A stretch of 64,000 nucleotides of DNA, from positions 69,058-133,057 of IMG/VR virus record IMGVR_UViG_2910903598_000005; one strand, written 5' to 3'. A model generated the notes under the pieces. It did not search any database. It saw only the letters and a list, made by a program, of their open reading frames with translations, and had not been told where the DNA came from. Below are positions 17,980-26,507 of the stretch, one piece after another. The stretch is from a virus. Its lineage: Duplodnaviria > Heunggongvirae > Uroviricota > Caudoviricetes. Position numbers and translations under genes: made by a program. How positions within the stretch are numbered: the first letter of the stretch is position 1; every line of letters begins with the position of its first letter.

Positions 17980-18708
17980 ATGGAAAAAAATATTAGAAAA
18001 GAAGGAGATTATGAAATCTCAGAAAATGCACTTGGGACATCATATAAACACCCATCATTTGGTATGTTGTCATTTAGCCGTACTCATGGTGGACATAGTA
18101 ATTTATTTGGTAGTAGTATTCAGCATAATGATACAATTCATATGGTGTTGAGAGAAGGAAAGGTCACTAGAGGATTAAATGATGATTGGTATGTTGGAGA
18201 AGATGAGATTCTGGAAGTAGAAATGTCGCAATCACAATTTGCGGAATTAATTACTTCTATGAATGTTGGAACAGGTACTCCATGTACTATTAAATATTTA
18301 CGTGGTAAAGGACGTATTAACGAAGCGGATTTTATCAATAAAAGACAGCAGATAACAAATGAATTTAAAGAGTCTATGAACGAGCGTATGAGCGATGCAA
18401 AAGAATTTTATGATGAAGTCAAGGAGCTTTTTACTACGAAGAAATCTATTGGAAAAGGCGATCGAGAAATGATTCTGAGAAGACTTGCCAACGTGACTCA
18501 AGGTATGGAATCTAGTTCAAAATTTATCTTTGATCAATTCCAAAATCAGATAGACAAAACAATTACAGAAGCTAAAGGAGAAATCGAGGCTTTTGCACAG
18601 AATAAAATTAATGCAATAGCTCAACAGGCTCTTGTAGAACAGAAAGAAGATATTTTAAAATTAGAGAATCCTGTTGATGTAAATCATATGGAACTTGATG
18701 AAGAATAA
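17980..18708 (+). CDS. hypothetical protein (242 aa)
   Basis: Ribosome-binding site GAAAGGAAGAGG. Confidence 0.55.
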   Translation: MEKNIRKEGDYEISENALGTSYKHPSFGMLSFSRTHGGHSNLFGSSIQHNDTIHMVLREGKVTRGLNDDWYVGEDEILEVEMSQSQFAELITSMNVGTGTPCTIKYLRGKGRINEADFINKRQQITNEFKESMNERMSDAKEFYDEVKELFTTKKSIGKGDREMILRRLANVTQGMESSSKFIFDQFQNQIDKTITEAKGEIEAFAQNKINAIAQQALVEQKEDILKLENPVDVNHMELDEE

Positions 18709-18735
18709 AACGAAAATTTGATAGGTGGTTAATAT

Positions 18736-18951
18736 ATGCGAAAAAAAATCAAATGTCCTCATTGTGGAAGTGAGTCAGGTTTAGAGCACAGAATTTATAT
18801 GAAAGGATACGATTTATATACAGGCAATGGAGAGCTGGAAGAAGAAGGTGTTACAGAGTACAACTATAGAAAGACTATGACTTGTAGAAACTGTGGGAAA
18901 CGTGTTATGACTTATGAAGAGTTTAAACGTGATTATTATGTTGACGAATAA
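18736..18951 (+). CDS. zinc-ribbon protein (CPHCG...CRNCG)
   Basis: Two CxxC pairs. Ribosome-binding site TAGGTGG. Confidence 0.5.
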   Translation: MRKKIKCPHCGSESGLEHRIYMKGYDLYTGNGELEEEGVTEYNYRKTMTCRNCGKRVMTYEEFKRDYYVDE

Positions 18952-19010
18952 TAAATATATGTAGGTATTAAAGGAGAATTTTATCTCCATATATAGAGGG
19001 GAGTGATGCC

Positions 19011-19733
19011 ATGAGTAACACAGGATGGATCAAACTCCATCGGAAAATTACAGATCATTGGCTATGGGAAGACAAACCATTTGCCAGAGGACAAGCAATG
19101 ATTGACTTACTTATTCTCGCAGGTTATAATAATCAACCTAAGTATATTGATGGAAACTTAGAAACAGTCGAGCGAGGATCGATGGTTACTTCGATCAGAA
19201 GATTGTGTGATCGATGGGGGTGGAGTAATTCAAAGGTTATCAAATTTTTAAAGACACTGGGAAACGACAGTATCATACATGTAAAAAGCGACACTAAAAA
19301 GACGGTCATAACCATAGTAAATTACAGTGTTTATCAAGGTTTTGTAGACGAACAAGCTACACAGAAACGACACCAAAACGACGCAGAAGCGACACATAAA
19401 AAGAAAGTAAAGAATAATAATAAATATAATAATAATAATATAAAGCGATTCACACCGCCTGATTGCGAGCAAGTCTCCAGATATTGTCAACAAAGAAACA
19501 ATGGGATTGATCCAGAAGAGTTTGTGGATTATTACACAGCCAAAGATTGGATGATGGGCAATAGCAAGATGCAAGACTGGAAGGCAGCAGTACGAAACTG
19601 GGAACGAAATCAGGCTAAGAAGAACGCTAAACAAAAGCCAAAGGTAACGAACCTTGCACACTTGGAATGTGATCGTGATTATGATTTTGGTGCGTTGGAA
19701 AGACAGTTGTTTGAGAAGCAGATGACAGGATAA
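19011..19733 (+). CDS. phage replisome-organiser / replication-initiator-like protein (winged-helix N-terminus, conserved phage C-terminal domain)
   Basis: N-terminus GWIKLHRKITDHWLWEDKPFARGQAMIDLLILA resembles the Phage_rep_org_N pattern. The C-terminus (FVDYYTAKDWMMGNSKMQDWKAAVRNWERNQ) resembles the conserved DnaD-like phage C-terminus. Confidence 0.55.
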   Translation: MSNTGWIKLHRKITDHWLWEDKPFARGQAMIDLLILAGYNNQPKYIDGNLETVERGSMVTSIRRLCDRWGWSNSKVIKFLKTLGNDSIIHVKSDTKKTVITIVNYSVYQGFVDEQATQKRHQNDAEATHKKKVKNNNKYNNNNIKRFTPPDCEQVSRYCQQRNNGIDPEEFVDYYTAKDWMMGNSKMQDWKAAVRNWERNQAKKNAKQKPKVTNLAHLECDRDYDFGALERQLFEKQMTG

Positions 19734-19754
19734 GTTTGACGAAAGGATGGAAAA

Positions 19755-20219
19755 ATGTCAGAAAATATTTATATTCACTACGGAAGTGATAAGTTTGAGA
19801 AAGAGTTGTTTATGTCAATTGTGAACAGAAACATGATTAACAAACCATTTGGAGGTTTATGGGCATCGGATATAAAGGCGGATCAGCCGTGGGAGAAATG
19901 GTGTATTGATAATGATTTTAGAATTGATAAACTAGACAAAAACTTTAAATTTACATTGGATGATTCGGCAAATATTGTTGAATGGACAGCGAAAGCCGAT
20001 TTAAAGCAGGTTCCAACGCAAGATCTATCGGGATATCTCCCAGAATATTTATTTGATACAATGGGCGTTGTGCCAGATTTTGAGAAGATGGTCGAAGATG
20101 GAGTTGATGCAATTAAGCTTAATTTATCCAAAGGTGATTATGAGTTATATTATGAGCTTTACGGTTGGGATTGTGATAGTATTCTGATCATGAATCCTGA
20201 TATTATTAGACCATTGTAG
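19755..20219 (+). CDS. hypothetical protein (154 aa)
   Basis: Ribosome-binding site AAAGGATGG. Confidence 0.5.
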   Translation: MSENIYIHYGSDKFEKELFMSIVNRNMINKPFGGLWASDIKADQPWEKWCIDNDFRIDKLDKNFKFTLDDSANIVEWTAKADLKQVPTQDLSGYLPEYLFDTMGVVPDFEKMVEDGVDAIKLNLSKGDYELYYELYGWDCDSILIMNPDIIRPL

Positions 20220-20372
20220 AAATTGAATAACAGAATGAGATTGAGAAGCTTATGGCTTCTTTTTATTTTGCCTAAATTTAGAGAATAGGAGTAAGAATTA
20301 TGGAATTAATCGAAGTAGAAATTAGACCAGAAGTACGTGAACAGTGCAATAATTAGAGAGGAGATTGGAACA

Positions 20373-20669
20373 ATGAAATTATACGGAACAGTGAATACAG
20401 AGGTTGATGTGAGTAAATATAATATATTAATAGCTGCGGCTCAAATACTATACGATGGACATCTATATGATAGTTGGGGAATTCATACAGAGTTATTGGA
20501 GTCAGATCATAGAGAAAATAACACTGGTAAAAGAGCATTATTTAAGGTTGAAGATATATCATATCATGGTTCCCCAGTATGGAAATATACATTGATTACT
20601 GACGATGAAAATGCAATAAATGATTTTCTGTTGGCACAGGAAATAGAAAAAGTAATTAAGAGAGTGTAA
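20373..20669 (+). CDS. hypothetical protein (98 aa)
   Basis: ATG after AGAGGAGATTGG. The track ORF begins at an upstream ATG without a ribosome-binding site. Confidence 0.45.
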   Translation: MKLYGTVNTEVDVSKYNILIAAAQILYDGHLYDSWGIHTELLESDHRENNTGKRALFKVEDISYHGSPVWKYTLITDDENAINDFLLAQEIEKVIKRV

Positions 20670-20695
20670 GAATAATTAAGAGAGGAGAGATTATC

Positions 20696-21646
20696 ATGGC
20701 AGCAACACAGTTTGAAGTTATTAAAACAGCAAACAATAATAACGCAGAAGAACCTGAAGCAAAGATCAAAAGACGTAAGGACGGAAATCCTAAATGGACT
20801 CGATCTAATAAACAAAAAGGCGTATCATCTTTAGTGTATCCAATTAAGAACAAAGAAAAATTTGCAGCCTTTAATGCATATTTTAGAGACCAGATTGATA
20901 AATCGTACACAGAGTACAAACGATATGTAGCTGCCAGAAACAATCTTTTGGTTGCAGTTGGAAACAATACAGCATATCGTATCTCTGATATCGTCAGACT
21001 CAAATGGGGCGATTTATTAGACGATAAGACTCGTAAGCAGGAAAAGAAAACAAAGAAATTCAGAACTGTATACTTTAACGATTTGGTAACTGAAGCAGTG
21101 GATATTTTCTTTGAAGCTGTTGCAGGAACTAAATATGATGTCAAGATTGATGGCGAAGTGCCAATGGATGATTATGTTTTTGGAACATGTAAGTCTGGAT
21201 CAGGACACATGACTGAAGCAAATGCTTTGGATTTTGTTAAAAAAGGTGCTAAAGCAGTTGGAATTGAGGACAATATTGGTACGCATACATTACGAAAGAA
21301 CTTTGTGTATTGGACACTTGTCGATCATAAAGATGATCAGAACGTATTGTATACACTTATGAGATTATTGAATCATAGTAGCCCTGCAATGACGTTTTTA
21401 TATGCTACAATTACAGAAGAGGAAACTCATGTGTTATTTGATGATATTGCTCAGACGTACAAGGATATTATCAGCGGAGCATTTAACGGATTAAAGGAAA
21501 ATGTTATTAATGTGAGTTATGATAGAGTTATGGAGATTATCAAGTGTGCTTATGAGACTGGTAAGGATGATGCAGATCAAAATGATAGGGTACATGAGGA
21601 CAATATGCAGGCACTAAAAGAGCTGCTGGAAGGAGTTATTTTATGA
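20696..21646 (+). CDS. tyrosine site-specific recombinase (XerC/D-like phage integrase family)
   Basis: Catalytic-domain motifs present: Arg in YRISDIVRLKWGDL, HxxR in GTHTLRKNF, and LLNHSSPAMTFLY with the Tyr nucleophile. Ribosome-binding site GAGAGGAGAG. Confidence 0.7.
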   Translation: MAATQFEVIKTANNNNAEEPEAKIKRRKDGNPKWTRSNKQKGVSSLVYPIKNKEKFAAFNAYFRDQIDKSYTEYKRYVAARNNLLVAVGNNTAYRISDIVRLKWGDLLDDKTRKQEKKTKKFRTVYFNDLVTEAVDIFFEAVAGTKYDVKIDGEVPMDDYVFGTCKSGSGHMTEANALDFVKKGAKAVGIEDNIGTHTLRKNFVYWTLVDHKDDQNVLYTLMRLLNHSSPAMTFLYATITEEETHVLFDDIAQTYKDIISGAFNGLKENVINVSYDRVMEIIKCAYETGKDDADQNDRVHEDNMQALKELLEGVIL

Positions 21647-22389
21647 TATTTGTAACAGGAGATACGCATGGGGATTGGATGACTCGATTAAACAGTCATT
21701 CTTTCCCAGAAGGAGTAGAGTTGACTAAAGATGATTACGTGATCATTTGCGGAGATTTTGGATTGTGGCATGACACAAAAGAAGAACGACATAATCTGGA
21801 ATGGTTGGACAACAAACCATTTACTACTTTGTTTGTATGTGGGAACCATGAAAATTATGATCGGCTGTACGAATATCCTGTAGAAGAATGGAATGGAGGA
21901 AAGATTCATAAGATTCGTGATTCTACCTTCCATCTCATGCGAGGACAGGTATTTGATATTCAAGGCAAGAAATTCTTTACGTTTGGCGGAGCAAGTTCCC
22001 ATGATGTTCAGGATGGAATTTTAAAACAAGACGATCCAAGAATTAATGAATGGTACAGAGATTACGACAAAATGTTTAGGATCAATCATACGTCATGGTG
22101 GAAAGAAGAGCTTCCTTCAGAGGAGGAAATGACAGAAGGTATGATGAATCTGAAGCAGAATGGATTGCAAGTGGATTATATAATTACACATAGTCCATAC
22201 GCATCTGTATTATGTCAAATGGATCAAGGATCAGGAGTGTATAAAACAGATATATTGACGGATTATTTGCAAGAGATTAAAGAATCTGTTGAATATAAAA
22301 AGTGGTTCTTTGGACATATGCATGTGAACCAGAACTTTCCAGGAGATAATGCGATTGCAATTTACGAACAAATTATTAGGATTTTATAG
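21643..22389 (+). CDS. calcineurin-like metallophosphoesterase (phage Ser/Thr phosphatase-like)
   Basis: Motifs VTGDTHG, ICGDFG and CGNHEN. Start overlaps the recombinase stop (ATGA). Confidence 0.7.
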   Translation: MIFVTGDTHGDWMTRLNSHSFPEGVELTKDDYVIICGDFGLWHDTKEERHNLEWLDNKPFTTLFVCGNHENYDRLYEYPVEEWNGGKIHKIRDSTFHLMRGQVFDIQGKKFFTFGGASSHDVQDGILKQDDPRINEWYRDYDKMFRINHTSWWKEELPSEEEMTEGMMNLKQNGLQVDYIITHSPYASVLCQMDQGSGVYKTDILTDYLQEIKESVEYKKWFFGHMHVNQNFPGDNAIAIYEQIIRIL

Positions 22390-22400
22390 GAGAATTTTGT

Positions 22401-22721
22401 ATGAAGATAAATACGATTAGACAAAATAAGGAAGAAAAGAAAGCAAACCAGAATCTTATGTGGATTTCAGCAGAGATTCCACCACTAAAACCAGATAACG
22501 CATCACGTTATATGAGATATAAAACATATCCTGTAATCGTGGATTACAAATATAATGATGGATGTGTAGACGAAGTGCTTGATTTCTGTGACTATGATTT
22601 TGAAGAAAAGAAATGGAAACTGGATAATTCTCATAAAGTTAGACAGTATTTCCCACTTCCAAGTAAGCACAAAGTAAAGTGTTCGAACAAAAAGAGAACA
22701 TTTGTTCGAAAAATATCTTGA
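22401..22721 (+). CDS. hypothetical basic protein (106 aa)
   Basis: Ribosome-binding site TAGGAGAA. Confidence 0.45.
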   Translation: MKINTIRQNKEEKKANQNLMWISAEIPPLKPDNASRYMRYKTYPVIVDYKYNDGCVDEVLDFCDYDFEEKKWKLDNSHKVRQYFPLPSKHKVKCSNKKRTFVRKIS

Positions 22722-22793
22722 TTTTGTTCTATGGTAGCATTATAATAAGAAATGTAGAGATTCTTTGTTCACAATAAAAATTAACTTTCTTTC

Positions 22794-22831
22794 TTGCACC
22801 TATTGACAGGGTGCAAACAGTATGGTATATT
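22794..22831 (+). promoter_or_regulatory. Promoter (TTGACA, 16 nt, TATATT) inside palindromic operator TTGCACC-N9-GGTGCAA. Second copy of the cassette seen at 36-73.
   Basis: ttgcacctattgacagggtgcaaacagtatggtatatt, compared with the rc of 36-73: ttgcacccgttgacaaggtgcaaaaagtatgttaaaat. Confidence 0.55.
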
Positions 22832-22881
22832 TAATTCATGAAAATAAAAAATGCAACTGGGGAAAGTTGAGGGACGTAAAA

Positions 22882-23331
22882 ATGAACGGATATACTAACA
22901 AAGAAAGAAAAGGAAACGATAACAGAAAAAGAAAAGACTATGTATATGGCAAATATCAAAATCCTCAAGTTTGGGGAATATATTTTGCAGATTTGCCGAA
23001 AATTGAAGGTAGTCACATCTTGCATGGAAAAAGACCAGTTATTGTATATTCTAATAATATTTGTAACAATACGAGTACAGAGATTAACGTGTATCCAATT
23101 ACAAAAAAATTAAGGAACTGGATACCGACACATGTAACCATTTATCCAAATACCAGTAATGGATTAAAAATGGTATCACAGGTGTATTTAGAGCAAGGAA
23201 GAACAATTCCAAAGAATAATCTTTTAGAGTATTGGGGAAGAATATCTGATCTATCTTTAATGTTAAAAATAGGACATGGCATTTTAATACAAAACGGCAT
23301 GTTATCGTACATGAATGCAATGGCATCCTAG
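22882..23331 (+). CDS. MazF/PemK-like endoribonuclease toxin with a 50-aa basic N-terminal extension. No adjacent MazE-like antitoxin was detected.
   Basis: GIYFADLPKIEGSHILHGKRPVIVYSNN...INVYPITKK...GLKMVSQVYLEQGRTI matches the PemK/MazF core pattern (G.i..v.l.p..G.E..k.RPvvVls...........vvPiTs). Ribosome-binding site GAGGGACG. Confidence 0.6.
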   Translation: MNGYTNKERKGNDNRKRKDYVYGKYQNPQVWGIYFADLPKIEGSHILHGKRPVIVYSNNICNNTSTEINVYPITKKLRNWIPTHVTIYPNTSNGLKMVSQVYLEQGRTIPKNNLLEYWGRISDLSLMLKIGHGILIQNGMLSYMNAMAS

Positions 23332-23333
23332 AA

Positions 23334-24362
23334 ATGGAGAATATTATGAATAATAAAGAATTGATACAAAATTATATAGATTCTCACGTATCAGAATCAC
23401 GTCGCCCAACATGGAATTGGTTATTAGATTCTGATATTGCGGACGACAATGAATCTGGGTTAACGTATGCACCAGGTACAATCCAAGAGGCTATATTATC
23501 AGATACTAGAGGTAAAAAAACCAAAAGTATGAATTCTATTAAAAAAAGATATGACCAGCTCGTTAAACTATATACTTATGCATATGAACAAAATTACATT
23601 AAATATAATCCATTTGTTAATGATAAATTTATAAACTTGCAATTAGCAGTTGATATATATTTTTCAAATAGAGTTAATGTTAATTATGTTACACCAGATA
23701 AAATAAATGCGTTTATTTCGAATCTGATGTCGTGCAATGCATCAGCCGATACCAAATTGAATACTAGATTTCACATTGTGAGTTTATATAATGGGATAAA
23801 TGGAAAGGAGTTAAGAAATCTAAAATTCTCAGATATTAATCAAAATGATTTAACAATTTTTGGGAAACCAGTCTCCAAAGATTTTATCGAGACATTGAAT
23901 GAATATAAATTGAAAATGGGAGATACGAATATATATGATGATTTTGTATTAATACCACGAAAAAAATGTAATAATATAGAAGAATATCAAGCAGAGCAAA
24001 AGAGGATATATAATAATGTGCAGTCTCAATTAGAATTAACTGGTAACACTTTATCTTATGAAAAATTGACAACCATTGATGTTATTAATTCTGGTTTTAT
24101 ACAATATTTAAAATCTAAAATGGATATCAAGGCAATTGCAGATTTATATTATATTAAATCAAAAGAAGGAATCGCACGATCTGTAATCGCACGTCAATTT
24201 AGTGATATTGCAATTGATTTTTATTATAATTATTATATATCATATAGAATAAAAAAGAAACAATTTAGCGATCGTCAAACGGTAATCGGTAAAAGTATTG
24301 GTTACCTATATAAAGACGAGGACTATAAGAATTATCGTGCACATCAAATAATGGCAGAATAA
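23334..24362 (+). CDS. hypothetical 342-aa protein. The N-terminus weakly resembles an integrase core-binding (SAM-like) domain, but no catalytic RHRY residues are evident.
   Basis: Starts 3 nt after the MazF-like stop (operon). KRYDQLVKLYTYAYEQNYIKYNPFVND resembles the recombinase N-domain pattern. Confidence 0.5.
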   Translation: MENIMNNKELIQNYIDSHVSESRRPTWNWLLDSDIADDNESGLTYAPGTIQEAILSDTRGKKTKSMNSIKKRYDQLVKLYTYAYEQNYIKYNPFVNDKFINLQLAVDIYFSNRVNVNYVTPDKINAFISNLMSCNASADTKLNTRFHIVSLYNGINGKELRNLKFSDINQNDLTIFGKPVSKDFIETLNEYKLKMGDTNIYDDFVLIPRKKCNNIEEYQAEQKRIYNNVQSQLELTGNTLSYEKLTTIDVINSGFIQYLKSKMDIKAIADLYYIKSKEGIARSVIARQFSDIAIDFYYNYYISYRIKKKQFSDRQTVIGKSIGYLYKDEDYKNYRAHQIMAE

Positions 24363-24376
24363 AGGAAGGTATATGT

Positions 24377-24742
24377 ATGGACAATCAAATATTAGAAATG
24401 TTAGCAGCGAATCAATCAAATCAAATGCATATTGATGTACTTGATTTACACTCATCAGAAATGTCATCGTGGTTTCTGAGCGAATATAAGATTCGAGCAG
24501 ATGATAGAAAGATGAAGATCTATGGCAAAGATAAAGATCTTTCATATCATTGGATCGAATTTATTCAAGATGAGAATTTGTTCTCTCATATTAGGCAGGA
24601 CGACATATTTGACATAATCAAATGCCTGCAATTTACATACAAAGAGAGATACAATGTTGGCATAAAAATACAGACAATAAAAAAGAAAGCAGAAGTCTTT
24701 GGTAAAACTTCTACTTTCACACAAACTAAAAATTTCAACTAA
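24377..24742 (+). CDS. hypothetical protein (121 aa)
   Basis: Ribosome-binding site AAGGAAGG. Confidence 0.5.
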   Translation: MDNQILEMLAANQSNQMHIDVLDLHSSEMSSWFLSEYKIRADDRKMKIYGKDKDLSYHWIEFIQDENLFSHIRQDDIFDIIKCLQFTYKERYNVGIKIQTIKKKAEVFGKTSTFTQTKNFN

Positions 24743-24818
24743 ACAAATCATAGATAACAAAAAAAGATTTTTTGAATCTACCGTGTTGGCAGCACGATAG
24801 AAAATCGAATTTGATATT

Positions 24819-24876
24819 TAGAATTGTTTAATCTGAAAGGATAATAATATCCTTTAAATCATTATAACAATTCTAA
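24819..24876. repeat. Nested inverted repeats (TAGAATTGTT...AACAATTCTA around AAAGGATAataaTATCCTTT) forming a long hairpin or cruciform
   Basis: Read directly in the 190-bp intergenic region. Confidence 0.5.
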
Positions 24877-24934
24877 ACATGTTCGTCAACATGAAATTTT
24901 TTCCAAAAAATACAACTAAATATAGGAGTGATGT

Positions 24935-25585
24935 ATGAAATACATAATTACGAATGAAGAGTTCTATGTGAAAAGAGATCATGCAAGAAATAAATACGTT
25001 CGTGATAATCGTAAGTCTGAAGCTACTCAGTTTACCTCCAAGCAAGCAAAGCACATTTTAGGTTTGAAGCATAAATATACGTGGATGAAAGACGGATTTT
25101 ATGCCAGAGAAATTGAACTAGGTAAAGTTGGAAAACCTATGGAATCTAGTGAAATAATGCGTAAAGGTAATGGAAATTGCTTTATGGATTGGGAATGCGA
25201 TAATACATTGATCGACAATATAGAGACTGAGGAAAGAGCTATAGTAGGACTTCTAGCATATGACTCAGATCAATTAGGAGAAAAGAAGTTTGAATTAGAG
25301 CAGGCATTATCATATGCCGATTCTGCCAGAAGTGATATTCTTCATGCGATTGAGTTTAAAAAGATTGATGCTGCGAAACGTGCAGTGATTATTGGGTATC
25401 TTAAAACCTTACAAGAATTACACAGAAAAATCAAGAATTGTATTCGATACATAGAAGTGATGCAGAATTGCATGGATAATCAGAAAGATATATGTACTTT
25501 GAAGAAAGAATTAAAAGATGCAGAACATAAGTCGTATGTCGGCAGGACAAAGTATTATGAGCTGATCCAGAATATAATTGGGTAG
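24935..25585 (+). CDS. hypothetical protein (216 aa)
   Basis: Ribosome-binding site TAGGAGTG. Confidence 0.5.
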   Translation: MKYIITNEEFYVKRDHARNKYVRDNRKSEATQFTSKQAKHILGLKHKYTWMKDGFYAREIELGKVGKPMESSEIMRKGNGNCFMDWECDNTLIDNIETEERAIVGLLAYDSDQLGEKKFELEQALSYADSARSDILHAIEFKKIDAAKRAVIIGYLKTLQELHRKIKNCIRYIEVMQNCMDNQKDICTLKKELKDAEHKSYVGRTKYYELIQNIIG

Positions 25586-25668
25586 AGTTTCTTCCTTATT
25601 ATATATGATGACTCGCACAGGAATTTGTGCAAAATTAAAATGTAAAATTATAACTTAGGAGGTATTTA

Positions 25669-26493
25669 ATGACAGAAGAAAAGAATGGTGTAAATGAAGC
25701 ATTGAATACGTTAGTGTTTAATAATGATGAGTTTGGAAATATTCGCACAGTGATTTTAGATAATAATCCGTGGTTTGTAGGGAAAGACGTAGCCAGTTGC
25801 CTTGGGTATGTAGATACGGTAAATGCATTAAAGAAACATATTGATGCCGAAGATAAGCGATTATTTCTAAGGTGTCAAATCGCCACCTTAGAAAATGTAC
25901 CAAACAGAGGACTTACATTTATTAATGAATCTGGTCTATATGCTTTAATTTTTGGAAGCAAGCTTGATAGTGCGAAAGAATTTAAACATTGGGTGACATC
26001 CGAAGTTCTTCCACAGATCCGTAAGACAGGTGGTTATATCCCAATTGATAAAGAAGATGATGATTTAACTATCATGGCGAAAGCATTGAATATTATGCAA
26101 AACACTTTGGTACAAAAGGATGAACTATTAGCCCAAAAAGAAGAAGTTATCAATCAGCAGAAACCACTTGTTGATTTTGCCAATACAGTCAGTGCCACAG
26201 AAACAATGGTTGACATGAAAACAATGGCAAAGCTTCTTGAGAAAGAAAATCAAGATATTCATATGGGCAGAAACAAATTATTTGCGTGGTTAAGAAAAGA
26301 AGGGTATCTCATGTCAGATAATACCCCATATGAAAGATATGTTAAGCAGGGCATTTTCAAATTAACAGAAAGTGAAGTTGAAACTAAGAATGGAAACAAG
26401 TTGATCACCAAAACATATGTGACTGGCAAAGGGCAATTATACTTGGCAAAGAAATTAGCACAATACTTTGCCTCACAGAGTGCATCAGCTTAG
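25669..26493 (+). CDS. Bro-N / KilAC-domain phage antirepressor
   Basis: IRTVILDNNPWFVGKDVASCLGY...NESGLYALIFGSKLDSAKEFKHWVTSEVLPQIRKTGGY is a canonical Bro-N domain. Ribosome-binding site TAGGAGG. Confidence 0.75.
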   Translation: MTEEKNGVNEALNTLVFNNDEFGNIRTVILDNNPWFVGKDVASCLGYVDTVNALKKHIDAEDKRLFLRCQIATLENVPNRGLTFINESGLYALIFGSKLDSAKEFKHWVTSEVLPQIRKTGGYIPIDKEDDDLTIMAKALNIMQNTLVQKDELLAQKEEVINQQKPLVDFANTVSATETMVDMKTMAKLLEKENQDIHMGRNKLFAWLRKEGYLMSDNTPYERYVKQGIFKLTESEVETKNGNKLITKTYVTGKGQLYLAKKLAQYFASQSASA

Positions 26494-26507
26494 AGAGGAG
26501 ACAAAGA

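Noticed and set aside
22822-22881. Upstream ATG 22822 as the MazF-like start
   Set aside because: It lies inside or upstream of the mapped -10 (22826-22831) and so would not be in the transcript from this promoter. ATG 22882 has a ribosome-binding site.
23334-24362. Calling the 342-aa protein an active integrase
   Set aside because: Only the N-terminal core-binding-like similarity is seen. No HxxR or catalytic Tyr context is identifiable by eye.
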